Shown one piece after another: positions 9,735 through 19,483 of a DNA stretch of 64,000 nt. The notes under the pieces are model-generated. The model made no database searches. It saw only the letters and a list, made by a program, of their open reading frames with translations, and was not told the origin of the DNA. Source of the DNA: Candidatus Saccharimonadia bacterium. Its GTDB lineage: Bacteria; Patescibacteriota; Saccharimonadia; UBA4664. A program made the position numbers and the translations under genes. Numbering within the stretch: the stretch's first letter is position 1; each line of letters opens with the position of its first letter. Location: contig JBGTMQ010000004.1 in the NCBI GenBank assembly GCA_041743505.1, positions 3,602-67,601 on the forward strand, given 5' to 3'.

Positions 9735-10124
9735 TTAATGCTGTAACTTGCGCTTGGCCATTGGTTCTAAGAGATAAAGACTTATGAGGGCCGCCAACGC
9801 ACCACCGAGCCAAGGTAACTCACTAGCTGCTCCTTGGTTTACCACAACCCACCACACAACCATAACAATAACAAGAACTGCAACCACCCGAGTTGTAGCA
9901 ATAAACTTCCTGTCCCCCTCAAGCTCTAATGCACGAACAGGATCAGCTAGCTTATTAAGAGTACTAATCCCATACAGTATGCCACCCGCTATCAGTGCAG
10001 TGATTACAGTGTCTCTAAAATCAGAAGGCGCAAAAAAAATAAGGACCGCCGCCCACGCTAAGAACGTATATAACTCCCAGGCAAATGCCATTGACAAAAA
10101 TGCGCCACGATAGTTAGTAGCCAT
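9735..10124 (-). CDS. small integral membrane protein
   Basis: 129 aa with 3-4 hydrophobic helices. Confidence 0.45.
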   Translation of the reverse strand: MATNYRGAFLSMAFAWELYTFLAWAAVLIFFAPSDFRDTVITALIAGGILYGISTLNKLADPVRALELEGDRKFIATTRVVAVLVIVMVVWWVVVNQGAASELPWLGGALAALISLYLLEPMAKRKLQH

Positions 10125-10239
10125 GCAAACATAATAACAGCATCTTTAAACAACTATGTCTTTATATTAGGCAAATAATATAGAGTAGCGCCTAGATAAC
10201 AAGTACCTAGGCGCATGTATCAACTCACCCCCGGGCCGG

Positions 10240-10926
10240 TCAACCCAGAAACTGTTGCAACCTAGCTGCCTGATCTTTGGGAAAAGCCCGGTTATGCGGA
10301 TCAAACTCAACTACGACGGTATCCAGTCCGCTATCGTTCATAACCCGTATCACTTCCCGGACTCCTTCATCGCCATCCAATTGAGCATAATACGGCACCG
10401 GTGCAATGCTGGGATCAGGTTGCCGGAATAGTAATATCACCACCCGGCCCGCTTCGGCCACCAGAATAGCTTCAGTATAGCAGGGATTAACAAGGTTAAG
10501 CCCTTCCCAAATCCCCAGATCTTGCACTGATGGCTTAAGCCAGTCCCGTGGTCTGGCCGCATCCGGACCCATCGGATGCGAATGCAGTTTCAAGGCCACA
10601 TCATCACGGAAAAGAAATGTACCATCCGCGCCAGGCTTTGTGATGAGGGGCCCGGTCAAGGCTGTCTCATGAAGCTCTATAAAGTCCATCCAGACAGCAC
10701 CATCGAGTTTGCGAGGATCCTTGGATAAATCTGATACTTCGTACCCCTTCGACCCCTTGTAGATCGCAAAAGCCGACTCTCGCCGCTGGCGCAATGTTAT
10801 GTGGTACACGCTGACCAGCTTGTCCGTCAAGACCGGTGTTAGTAAAAACGCCGCTAAACCCGGCCCTGGCACAGTTGTAAGCTGCTCCTGCCCCGAAGAA
10901 TCAAGCTTGCCTGGCTGCTTATTCAT
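10240..10926 (-). CDS. hypothetical protein
   Basis: 228-aa ORF with no motif recognised. Confidence 0.4.
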   Translation of the reverse strand: MNKQPGKLDSSGQEQLTTVPGPGLAAFLLTPVLTDKLVSVYHITLRQRRESAFAIYKGSKGYEVSDLSKDPRKLDGAVWMDFIELHETALTGPLITKPGADGTFLFRDDVALKLHSHPMGPDAARPRDWLKPSVQDLGIWEGLNLVNPCYTEAILVAEAGRVVILLFRQPDPSIAPVPYYAQLDGDEGVREVIRVMNDSGLDTVVVEFDPHNRAFPKDQAARLQQFLG

Positions 10927-10984
10927 GAACGCGTCCCTTCACCCTGCCTCAGAACAACCGGAAGCCTAGTATACTAATACCACT

Positions 10985-12100
10985 TTACCCCTCAAACTGC
11001 AACTTCTTCCGCCGCACGGCCACGCTCTCCAGCAAACCAATCGAGATCATAGTCATCACCAGCGCCGTCCCGCCGTAACTCACAAGCGGCAGCGGAATAC
11101 CCGTCACCGGCGCAATACCCATATTCATGCCCACATTAATAAAGACGTGGAATAGCAGCATCGATACAATACCCGTGGCCAAAAACATCCCAAACCGGTC
11201 CTGGGCCCGGTACGCTATCAAAAGCCCCCGCCACAACAGCACCGCAAACAACACGAGCAGCAACATAGCACCCACAAAACCCATTTTTTCGCCAATCACC
11301 GCAAACACGAAGTCCGTATGCTGGGCTAGCTGCGGCAAAAAGTTCAGCTGGCTCTGCGATCCAGCCCCCAGTCCCCGCCCAAAAAATTGCCCGGAACCAA
11401 TCGTAATAGATGACTGAATCACATTGTGCCCGGCGCCCAACGGATCAGCCTGCGGGTTCAGAAACACCGCCAAACGCTGTTTCTGGTAATCCTTAAGATT
11501 CGCCAGGAAAAATGGCAGCACCACTAGTCCTACCCCACCCAAAGCCAACAAATACAGCTTTCGCACCCGCGATACCAGCACCATACCCAGCCAAATCGCC
11601 ATAATCACCAACGCCGTACCAAGGTCAGGTTGGCGCATCACCAACATCACCGGAATGCCCGCGTACAACAAAGACAACAGCAAATACTTCGGCCGCTCCA
11701 ATTGGTCGTAGTGATCCGCAAAAAATTTGGCCAGCACAATAATCACCACCAGCTTGGCAAATTCAGACGGCTGGAACTGGAAAAACCCAAGGTCAATCCA
11801 TCGCTGCGCCCCCAGCACCGCCTTGGAGCTCACCAGCACGATCACGAGCAGTAACAACATAAATCCGTACAGCCAAGGCGTCAGCTTAGCCCACATCCGG
11901 TAATCACTCCGCGCCACCGCTATCATCAACCCGAAGCCCAGGCTTACAAACACCAGTTGCCGCCACGTATCAGTCATGCTGCCAATGCCGGTGGCCTTGA
12001 ACGATGTCGACCAGATTACCAGTAATCCGATAGCCAATAACGCCACCGTTACACCAAACAGGATCCAGTCAAAATTCTTCCAGAAACGAGATTTTAGCAC
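10985..12100 (-). CDS. FtsW/RodA/SpoVE-family peptidoglycan glycosyltransferase
   Basis: 371 aa, polytopic. The C-terminal GIPLPLVSYGGTALV motif is typical of the SEDS family. Confidence 0.85.
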   Translation of the reverse strand: MLKSRFWKNFDWILFGVTVALLAIGLLVIWSTSFKATGIGSMTDTWRQLVFVSLGFGLMIAVARSDYRMWAKLTPWLYGFMLLLLVIVLVSSKAVLGAQRWIDLGFFQFQPSEFAKLVVIIVLAKFFADHYDQLERPKYLLLSLLYAGIPVMLVMRQPDLGTALVIMAIWLGMVLVSRVRKLYLLALGGVGLVVLPFFLANLKDYQKQRLAVFLNPQADPLGAGHNVIQSSITIGSGQFFGRGLGAGSQSQLNFLPQLAQHTDFVFAVIGEKMGFVGAMLLLVLFAVLLWRGLLIAYRAQDRFGMFLATGIVSMLLFHVFINVGMNMGIAPVTGIPLPLVSYGGTALVMTMISIGLLESVAVRRKKLQFEG

Positions 12101-12194
12101 CTTTTTATCTTAGCGCACTTGCAGCAATTGAGATATTCGCGTAAAACATTGCTATAATAATCCGGTAGTTAACCAAAAACGTCCGACCCAAATT

Positions 12195-12881
12195 ATGTCT
12201 AAGAATCAATTAAATCACCTAGCTATCATCCCTGATGGCAACTCCCGTTGGGCCAAAGCCAACAATCTACCCGTGTTCGACGGCTATCGAGCCGGCATCG
12301 AGCGCGGTTTAGAACTGACCCGCCATGGCCGCAAATTAGGTATTCACACCTCTACCTGGTGGGGCCTCTCCACGGAAAACTGGCGCTCCAGGCCCAAACT
12401 TGAGCTAGATTTCATTATTCGCTTATTCATCAAAACCCTGGATGACTGGCTTGATGAAGCCCAAAAAGACAATGTCCGTATCATCCACTTAGGCCGCCGC
12501 GACCGCCTACCCAAAAAATTCCTGCAAAAACTAGCCGAAGTTGAGCAAACCACCAAAACCAACGACACATTCGTCATGAACCTAGCCTTCGATTATGGCG
12601 GCCAGGACGAAATCATGCGCGCGGTCGAGCGTATGCGAACCGCCGGCGCCACCGGCCCTCTCGACAATTACCTCGACACCGCCGGTCAACCCCACCCCAA
12701 CCCGGACTTCATCGTCCGTACCTCAGGCGAAATCCGGATAAGCGGTCTTATGCCTTGGCAGGGAGCTTACGCGGAATATTATTTCGAGCCAGCCCTCTAC
12801 CCCGACTTCACCCCCGACAAGCTCGACATAGCCATTGCCGAATATTACCGCCGGCAGCGGCGCTTCGGCGGCGGCCACTAG
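12195..12881 (+). CDS. uppS: undecaprenyl-diphosphate synthase (cis-prenyltransferase)
   Basis: 228 aa. N-terminal HLAIIPDGNSRWAK and RGLELT...FAFS-like motifs. Preceded by a TGCTATAAT extended -10. Confidence 0.85.
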   Translation: MSKNQLNHLAIIPDGNSRWAKANNLPVFDGYRAGIERGLELTRHGRKLGIHTSTWWGLSTENWRSRPKLELDFIIRLFIKTLDDWLDEAQKDNVRIIHLGRRDRLPKKFLQKLAEVEQTTKTNDTFVMNLAFDYGGQDEIMRAVERMRTAGATGPLDNYLDTAGQPHPNPDFIVRTSGEIRISGLMPWQGAYAEYYFEPALYPDFTPDKLDIAIAEYYRRQRRFGGGH

Positions 12882-12890
12882 TCCAAATAT

Positions 12891-12919
12891 TGCAAAACAC
12901 AATCGTTTATGCTATAATA
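12891..12919 (+). promoter_or_regulatory. sigma70-type promoter TTGCAA-N17-TATAAT
   Basis: ttgcaa aacacaatcgtttatgc tataat, followed by an AGGAAGG Shine-Dalgarno and the ATG at 12969. Confidence 0.6.
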
Positions 12920-12968
12920 GAAAGATCTGCTCACTTAGCAACGCACCAACCTCCCAGGAAGGCCTCCC

Positions 12969-13424
12969 ATGATCAGGCCCACCTTTCGTACCGTCTACCA
13001 CCTGGAGCCACTGCCGCAGAATAGGGACCCGGTGATTTACTTCGCCGGCCCGACCTGGCACCCACCGGGCGAACCACTTTGGCAAGACCACGGGGTCGAC
13101 TATCTCCGCCAACGGAAATTCAGAGGGACAGTTTGCCTACCCCTACCGTGGACGGGTGACTGGGTAGGCGATGAAGTTGCCCAGATCAAATGGCAGCTTC
13201 ACTGCCAGGAGACCGCTGACTTCATCGTTTTCTGGATGTTCCGGCCTGGGTTGGTCACCATGAGCGAATTCGGCCAGTGGTACCGCTCCGGCAAACTCGC
13301 CGTCGGCGTACCCCCCGGCACCGAAAAACTCGAGTACGTCCGCCAGGTCATAGGCCTGTACGACATTCCCACTGCCGACACCCTCGAAGCCACCCTAGAT
13401 ATCACCCTTGACCGCCTCAGCTAG
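12969..13424 (+). CDS. hypothetical protein, possibly nucleoside 2-deoxyribosyltransferase-like
   Basis: 151 aa. The IYFAGP motif and a later acidic SEFG element are reminiscent of the NDT fold. This is weak. Confidence 0.35.
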   Translation: MIRPTFRTVYHLEPLPQNRDPVIYFAGPTWHPPGEPLWQDHGVDYLRQRKFRGTVCLPLPWTGDWVGDEVAQIKWQLHCQETADFIVFWMFRPGLVTMSEFGQWYRSGKLAVGVPPGTEKLEYVRQVIGLYDIPTADTLEATLDITLDRLS

Positions 13425-13430
13425 ACCTCC

Positions 13431-13468
13431 CGTCTCCTTCAGCACCCGCTGGAGGAGACGAATTTTTG
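13431..13468 (+). terminator. intrinsic terminator
   Basis: CGTCTCCT...AGGAGACG 8-bp stem followed by AATTTTTG. Confidence 0.6.
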
Positions 13469-13494
13469 CTCTCAGACCTTGCTATAATCAACCC

Positions 13495-14073
13495 ATGGAA
13501 ACCCTCAGCAACCTGCCAATTGTGCTCTTCAAGTCCGCCTCCGATTGGGAGCAATGGCTCCAAGCAAATCACACCCAGCCCCAAGGTCTTTGGCTCAAAA
13601 TAGCCAAGAAAGCCTCCGGCAAAGCATCGGCCTCCTATGCCGAGGCCCTCGACATCGCCTTGTGTTACGGCTGGATTGATGGACAAAAAGCCTCCTACGA
13701 CGAGCAATATTTTTTGCAAAAATTCACCCCTCGCCGCCCCAAAAGCCTGTGGTCTAAAGTCAACGTCAAAAAAGTTGCCGCGCTCATCGCCGCCGGCCGC
13801 ATGAAACCGGCCGGACTGGCCGCCATCGAGGCCGCCAAACAAGACGGCCGCTGGGACCTAGCCTATGATTCGCCCAGCACCAGCACCGTACCGCCCGACT
13901 TTCAAGCCGCGCTCGACCAAAATCCCCGGGCCAAGACCTTCATTGCTACCCTCAACAAAACCAACGTCTACGCTATGTTATGGCGCATCCAAACCGCCAA
14001 AAAACCCGAAACCCGCCAAGCCAGAATCGAAAAACTTATCTCCATGCTAAACGACGAACAAAAGCTCTACTAA
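13495..14073 (+). CDS. YdeI/OmpD-associated family protein (DUF1801-like)
   Basis: The in-frame Met at 13495 (METLSNLPIVLFK) sits only about 6 nt after the TGCTATAAT extended -10 at 13479-13488, so the mRNA is probably leaderless. The C-terminus AKKPETRQARIEKLISML is typical of the YdeI family. Confidence 0.5.
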   Translation: METLSNLPIVLFKSASDWEQWLQANHTQPQGLWLKIAKKASGKASASYAEALDIALCYGWIDGQKASYDEQYFLQKFTPRRPKSLWSKVNVKKVAALIAAGRMKPAGLAAIEAAKQDGRWDLAYDSPSTSTVPPDFQAALDQNPRAKTFIATLNKTNVYAMLWRIQTAKKPETRQARIEKLISMLNDEQKLY

Positions 14074-16994
14074 GACCGCGCCTTCTCAACCCCAATATAC
14101 AATTCCGCCCCCGCTACCCGCGCCGGCACCTGGTCATGCGCCCCGTCATGCACCAACTCCACCGCCAAAGTCTCCGCCTTTATCGTCTCAGCGTGCACCG
14201 CAATCGCCTCAGCCAAATCAGCATCATCCGTCGACAACGTCAACACAATCCGGTCCTCTACCTCAAGACCCGTCTCCTTGCGGGCATTTTGCACCTGCCG
14301 AACCACATCGCGCATCAACCCCTCGGCGCGCAATTCTAGTGTAATTTCGGTATCAAGCTGAACCCAGCCTTGCGGATTAGGCCGGCTCCATTTCTTTATT
14401 TGCTTAACATTTACTTCTTCCATAACAATCGCTTGCAACTCTGAAGTTAAATCATTTGTATGGTAGTACGTCAAGCTGGATAGCGGTTGACGAACCTTGA
14501 TCTTAGCCTCAGCCCTCGCGGCAAGTCCATCCGTCACCAATTGCCGGGCAAAGTTCATGCCAAAGAGAATCTTCTTATCAACCTCACCCGCTTCCGGCCA
14601 ATCACTCAAATGCACACTCACCGGCTCGTCCATCCCCACCGTCAGTTCCCGCCACAATTTATCAGCTACAAACGGACTCCACGGCGCCAAAAGCTGACTA
14701 ACCCGCGCCAGCACATAATGCAACGTCGCATAGGCCGCGGCCTTGTCACGCGTCTCTTCACTCTTCCAAAACCGCCGCCGGCTCCGCCGTACATACCAGT
14801 TACTCAAATCCTCAATCAACTCCCGCAGCGGCCGGATCGCCTTGGCCAGCTCATAGGCATCGGCCCGCGCCGTCATCTCGCGCACCGTCTCATTCAACCG
14901 CGCCAGTAGCCACTGGTCCAGCACGTTATCACTCGCAGGCGCAGCCAACTTCTTCGCCGGCTCCCACCCGTCAATCTCCGCGTACATACTCAGAAAACTA
15001 TACGAATTCCACAGCGTCCCAAACACGTTGCGCTGGATATCCCGCATTGCATCGCGGTTAAAACGCATGTATTCCGCCTCTACCGCCTGGTCATTGCCCA
15101 GCAAATAAAACCGCAACGTATCCGCCCCCTCAACCGCAAACACGTCCTCCACCGGCGGGTAATTCTTCAACCGCTTGCTCAATTTCTGCCCGTCCGCGGC
15201 CATCACCATGCCGTTCACCAGCACATTTTTATACGCCGGCTTGCCAAACGCAATCGTGTTCAACACATGCAGCACATAAAACCACAGCCGGGTCTGGTCC
15301 AACCCTTCACCCACATAATCCGCCGGAAACGATTCTTCAAATACCGCTTTATTCTCAAACGGATAATGCTGCTGCGCTACCGGCATACTCCCACTCTCAA
15401 ACCAGCAGTCAATCACTTCCTCGGTGCGCCGGTACGTCTTACCGTCCTTCTCTATCACGACGTCATCAATCCCCGGCCGGTGCAGGTCGTCCGGCTTACC
15501 ATCCAAACCAGCCAACTCCACCAGCTCATCCAAACTCGACACCACTATATAATCATCCGCATCTTTCTCGTTCACCCAAATCGGCAACGGCGCCCCCCAA
15601 TACCGGTTCCGCGAGATCGCCCAATCCCGGGCGCCCTCCAGCCACTTGCCAAACCGCCCACTCTTAATGTGCGCCGGCTGCCAATTAATATCCTCGGCCG
15701 TCCGCAACAACTCCTCCCGGATCGCCGACACCTTCACAAACCACGTCGTAATGGCATAGTACATTAGCGGCGAGTCACACCGGTAACAAAACGGATACGT
15801 GTGCGTAAATGTCTCCGCCGCAAACACCCGCCCGGCTTCCGTCAAATGCTGGGTAATCAGCCGGTCGGCGTCCTTAAAGAACACCCCCACAGCCTCCGGC
15901 GCCACCGCCGTCACATGACCGTCTGGCCCGACGCTCTCAATCATCGGCAAGCCCTCACGCAAGCACAAATCCAAGTCCGTTTCACCATACCGCGTACCCG
16001 TATGCAAAATACCCGTTCCATCCTCCAGGCTCACCACCCCGTCATCCGCATATACCCGGTAGGCGTTCGTTCGCTCGCTCTCACTCAAGCCCGGCGCCTC
16101 ATATAGCGGCTCATATTCCAGGCCCACCAACTCGATGCCCTTCTGGCTACCCACCACCCGGTACTCCCGCTCACGCAAGTCCAGCACATCCAACCGCTTC
16201 TTGGCCAGAATCAGTTTATCGCCCGCCTTCCCGGCATCCGTGTCATGCGTCAATTCCACCGTCACATAATCAGCCGTCGTATCCACCGACAACGCCGAGT
16301 TCGCCGGCAACGTCCAAGGCGTCGTCGTCCAAGCCAACAACGCCGTATCCGGCTGCCCCACCACCTTAAATTTCACATACACACTCGGGTCCGGCACGTT
16401 GTCCTTGTAACCCTCATTGAGCTCAAAGTTACTCAACGGCGTCTCACACCGCGGACAATACGGCAAACATTTATAGCCCCGGTACAACAGCCCCTTGTCC
16501 TGCACCTGCCCCAACATCCACCACACGCTCTCGGTATAATCGCGATCGACCGTCGCATAAGCGTTCTCCATGTCGGTCCACCGCCCCACACGATGAAACA
16601 TTCGCTCCCACTCGCCTTTATATTTAAAGATTGAGGCTCGGCAAGCGTCGTTGAACTTCTGCAATCCCAAGTCCAAAATCTGCTTCTTGCCGCTTACGCC
16701 AAACTCTTTTTCAATCGCAAATTCTACCGGCAAACCATGCGTATCCCAGCCATTTCGCCGCTCCACGTACTCACCACGCATGGTATGGTAACGCCCTAGC
16801 GAGTCCTTGATACTCGTGACCAGCATCCCACCAAAATGCGGCAAACCATTCGCAAACGGCGGCCCATCATAAAACGAATATCTCTTAGCGCCTTCACGAT
16901 TCTTCAAACTGGCTTCAAAAGTCTTTTCTTTGTCCCAAATTTCAAGCATCTCAGCTTCAAATTCGGGAAAATTGGCGGGCTGGGCTTTCTTCAT
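14070..16994 (-). CDS. ileS: isoleucine--tRNA ligase (eukaryote-like type 2)
   Basis: 974 aa. PPFANGLPHFGG in the HIGH region, KLSKRLKNYP as the KMSKRLKNYP variant, and a CP1 editing domain. Confidence 0.9.
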   Translation of the reverse strand: MKKAQPANFPEFEAEMLEIWDKEKTFEASLKNREGAKRYSFYDGPPFANGLPHFGGMLVTSIKDSLGRYHTMRGEYVERRNGWDTHGLPVEFAIEKEFGVSGKKQILDLGLQKFNDACRASIFKYKGEWERMFHRVGRWTDMENAYATVDRDYTESVWWMLGQVQDKGLLYRGYKCLPYCPRCETPLSNFELNEGYKDNVPDPSVYVKFKVVGQPDTALLAWTTTPWTLPANSALSVDTTADYVTVELTHDTDAGKAGDKLILAKKRLDVLDLREREYRVVGSQKGIELVGLEYEPLYEAPGLSESERTNAYRVYADDGVVSLEDGTGILHTGTRYGETDLDLCLREGLPMIESVGPDGHVTAVAPEAVGVFFKDADRLITQHLTEAGRVFAAETFTHTYPFCYRCDSPLMYYAITTWFVKVSAIREELLRTAEDINWQPAHIKSGRFGKWLEGARDWAISRNRYWGAPLPIWVNEKDADDYIVVSSLDELVELAGLDGKPDDLHRPGIDDVVIEKDGKTYRRTEEVIDCWFESGSMPVAQQHYPFENKAVFEESFPADYVGEGLDQTRLWFYVLHVLNTIAFGKPAYKNVLVNGMVMAADGQKLSKRLKNYPPVEDVFAVEGADTLRFYLLGNDQAVEAEYMRFNRDAMRDIQRNVFGTLWNSYSFLSMYAEIDGWEPAKKLAAPASDNVLDQWLLARLNETVREMTARADAYELAKAIRPLRELIEDLSNWYVRRSRRRFWKSEETRDKAAAYATLHYVLARVSQLLAPWSPFVADKLWRELTVGMDEPVSVHLSDWPEAGEVDKKILFGMNFARQLVTDGLAARAEAKIKVRQPLSSLTYYHTNDLTSELQAIVMEEVNVKQIKKWSRPNPQGWVQLDTEITLELRAEGLMRDVVRQVQNARKETGLEVEDRIVLTLSTDDADLAEAIAVHAETIKAETLAVELVHDGAHDQVPARVAGAELYIGVEKARS

Positions 16995-16995
16995 C

Positions 16996-17526
16996 TTATA
17001 AATCCTTATTAGTTTCCATTAATTTCTTCAGTGCTTCATAACTTTCTTCTGGCGTTCTATCAGACTGGTCAATCATCTTATGTGGTCTAACTTCGTTTAC
17101 CCGCACTATCTTGCTAGTTAGCTCTTCAATCCCCTTTGGATCAAAACCAATCCCCTTCATATCTCCACGCGCCACATATCTTTTCATCACTTCTTCTTTC
17201 GGTAGCACCAACATCACCTCAAAATAAGTCGCCCCTCTTTCCTTAGCCAGCGCTTCCCATGCCTCCAAGAATGTAATGACGCCGTAGGCTTGCGGAACGA
17301 TCACATCGTAGCCCTTACTTACATGGACACGCGCCATTGCCATAGCCATAACTCTCGCCTGCAATCCGGCTTCGCGGGAATGATCTTGCCAATGGCTAAT
17401 CCTTCCTCGAATGTCATCAATATCCAATACCAGAGTCATAGGATGATCATCGGCATACATACCTGCCAACATCGACTTTCCACTAGCTGGCGGACCATTG
17501 AGAATAATCAGACTAGACTTAGGCAT
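16996..17526 (-). CDS. P-loop NTPase/kinase (AAA_33 / zeta-toxin / CPT-like)
   Basis: 176 aa with the Walker A motif ILNGPPASGKS. Confidence 0.55.
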   Translation of the reverse strand: MPKSSLIILNGPPASGKSMLAGMYADDHPMTLVLDIDDIRGRISHWQDHSREAGLQARVMAMAMARVHVSKGYDVIVPQAYGVITFLEAWEALAKERGATYFEVMLVLPKEEVMKRYVARGDMKGIGFDPKGIEELTSKIVRVNEVRPHKMIDQSDRTPEESYEALKKLMETNKDL

Positions 17527-17824
17527 GAAATACGCTTTCTACTTAAATACAAAAAATCCATCGGACATTGCAGGGACCCGGTCACACAACCAGGCGGTAC
17601 CACCCTGCTTTCCAGATGGACACTTCATTCTTCTCGAGTCACGTTCGAGGTTAACGTCGGGTTCTACTCTCGCTTAGTAGCAATTTCTTCCCGCAGCTTC
17701 GCGGTTGATAGCCGCTCATGCGCTTTAGACGCAGTACTTTTAGCTAAATTGTGAGCTTACAATACCATACTTATTAACAAATTGCATCGAACTCTGACGC
17801 TTAATGCGCACTCATACAAAAACA

Positions 17825-17853
17825 TTGACAGAATGACAAGAAAATGCTAAAAT
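17825..17853 (+). promoter_or_regulatory. sigma70 promoter TTGACA-N17-TAAAAT
   Basis: ttgaca gaatgacaagaaaatgc taaaat, then GAAGG and the ATG at 17893. Confidence 0.65.
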
Positions 17854-17892
17854 GTATATATCCTTGTCCTCTATTGAGAGTGAAGGCACAAG

Positions 17893-18180
17893 ATGATTAA
17901 CATCCAGTACCTGCGGCTCCTCGGCAGCGACGGCACCGGCATCAAGGTCATGGTCAGCGGCACCCCCGAAGACCTCGAGGCCTTCGTCACCGAGTTGAAT
18001 GCTCGTGTGGCGCAAGACCAGAACCTTACGACCGTCACCATCCCTTGCTTCATGGGAGGTGAGGAAACGCTCCACCTCGACTCACCACTGGCAACCGCCG
18101 TTCTCGCTCCCTTGACCCCTTCAACGTTCGGTGGCACCTTCACGAACGAGGGTGACCAACTAAACCTGACGGTCAACTAG
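17893..18180 (+). CDS. hypothetical small protein
   Basis: 95 aa. Strong promoter upstream and a clean terminator downstream. No homology recognised. Confidence 0.5.
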   Translation: MINIQYLRLLGSDGTGIKVMVSGTPEDLEAFVTELNARVAQDQNLTTVTIPCFMGGEETLHLDSPLATAVLAPLTPSTFGGTFTNEGDQLNLTVN

Positions 18181-18239
18181 AAGCACTTCGCAAGGAGCCA
18201 GCCCCTAGCGTCCGTCCACAAGACCGTCTAACCGGCCAT

Positions 18240-18273
18240 CGGCCCACCCCTCAAGGTGGGCCGCTTATCTTTT
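18240..18273. terminator. intrinsic terminator between convergent genes
   Basis: CGGCCCACC cctcaa GGTGGGCCG, a 9-bp perfect stem, followed by CTTATCTTTT. Confidence 0.7.
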
Positions 18274-18292
18274 AACCGGGCTAGTTACACGT

Positions 18293-18943
18293 CTAATGAT
18301 TGTCCATATGTGGGGTAATCGACTGATCCCGGTATGCAGAAAAAGCCCTCTCGACTAATGGCTTATGTACCGCGTTCCAGTTATCGATTTGTGCCACATC
18401 GGCTATCCATTTGTAGTCTGTATGCTCCTGGCTTAACTTAACCACCTTATCGGAAGAAACCGGCTTTACAGCGGTACAAATATTGATCTGGCTTACCCAA
18501 GCAGAGGTCCAGCCAGCAAATGTATTTGGCGTCTTGCAGGCTATCCCGATATAGCCTATAGGCTCAATGTCGAAACCCGCTTCCTCATGGGTTTCCCGTA
18601 TGGCGGTTTCAAACGGCGACTCGTCAACGTCGGCCCAGCCGCCCGGCACACCCCATGCACCGTTATCCTTCCTCTGAAGAACTAATATTTCGCCCTTTTC
18701 ACTTACGACCGCCGCATCAACTCCGACTTTGGGCGTAATACTCCCCTGCTCCTTGAGAAACATCTTCTGAATTTCTTCTTGGGAAAGATTCGTAATAGCC
18801 GCATATTCTTTACTGGCAATATTCAGGAGTTTTTCGTATCGTGCCGTGTCATATTCATTGCGGGAATATGACAGGCCTTCTTGAGCAATTGCCCTGAGTG
18901 CATCCAAGAGCACTCTAATATCATCGTTATTGTCATTTGCCAT
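18293..18943 (-). CDS. NUDIX hydrolase with N-terminal Nudix_N_2 domain
   Basis: 216 aa. Nudix box GGWADVDESPFETAIRETHEEAGF. The N-terminal LLDALRAIAQEGLSYSRNEYDTARYEKLL matches the NUDIX-associated N-terminal domain. Sits in a low-GC region. Confidence 0.8.
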   Translation of the reverse strand: MANDNNDDIRVLLDALRAIAQEGLSYSRNEYDTARYEKLLNIASKEYAAITNLSQEEIQKMFLKEQGSITPKVGVDAAVVSEKGEILVLQRKDNGAWGVPGGWADVDESPFETAIRETHEEAGFDIEPIGYIGIACKTPNTFAGWTSAWVSQINICTAVKPVSSDKVVKLSQEHTDYKWIADVAQIDNWNAVHKPLVERAFSAYRDQSITPHMDNH

Positions 18944-19015
18944 AGATTCCTCGAAATTCAGATTATACCCTTTATTTCTTGACGCACAAAGAACAAAGGA
19001 ACTGCTATAGGGACT

Positions 19016-19483
19016 ATGAAGAGACCAACGAACCGCATCTCGGAAGACGCAGCTGTCGAATTACTTCGACGGTTGTTCCCCGTTAGCTTAGAAACGGATG
19101 AGTTATCCCTAGATGAAGTTTACGTTGCCGCTGGTCGCTCTAATCTGAACCCGCAAACAAACCGTAACTGGTTAAACGGCGTGCTCACAAAGTTAAAGGA
19201 TCACAAGTTCATCACTACGGGAAATAAGTTTGAAAACAGTCGAAGCAAGTTGGATAAGATCAAGTTAACGACTGCAGGAAAAACAGCCCTTGGTCGCACC
19301 AACAATGAGGAGAATACAGTAGACAGGCCACCCAAAGACAATGTTCCTCAGAAAAATGACTTAAGCCTCGATGAAATGTTAAATATTGTTGAAGGCTTAA
19401 AGGCGAAACACCCAAAATGGGACATCGTGTTTGAAGTAAGAGCAAAAAGCTCTGCCTCAAACCCTCCCGAGAGGCACTCATAA
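19016..19483 (+). CDS. hypothetical protein, upstream partner of the NYN nuclease
   Basis: 155 aa. The stop TAA is immediately followed by the ATG of the next gene. Low GC. Confidence 0.5.
   Translation: MKRPTNRISEDAAVELLRRLFPVSLETDELSLDEVYVAAGRSNLNPQTNRNWLNGVLTKLKDHKFITTGNKFENSRSKLDKIKLTTAGKTALGRTNNEENTVDRPPKDNVPQKNDLSLDEMLNIVEGLKAKHPKWDIVFEVRAKSSASNPPERHS

Noticed and set aside
14487-14909. 140-aa plus-strand ORF inside ileS
   Set aside because: Antisense to ileS. Arg/Pro-rich translation typical of a wrong-frame GC-rich sequence.
17527-17892. Possible structured RNA (RNase P, tmRNA, SRP or riboswitch) in the 366-bp region between the P-loop kinase gene and the island promoter
   Set aside because: It contains a GCAGGG...CCCTGC stem and GC-rich internal pairing. 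I could not match conserved RNase P (GGAAAGUCCGG), SRP domain IV or tmRNA tag/CCA features. It is more likely a divergent promoter/leader region. Retained only as a low-priority Rfam check.
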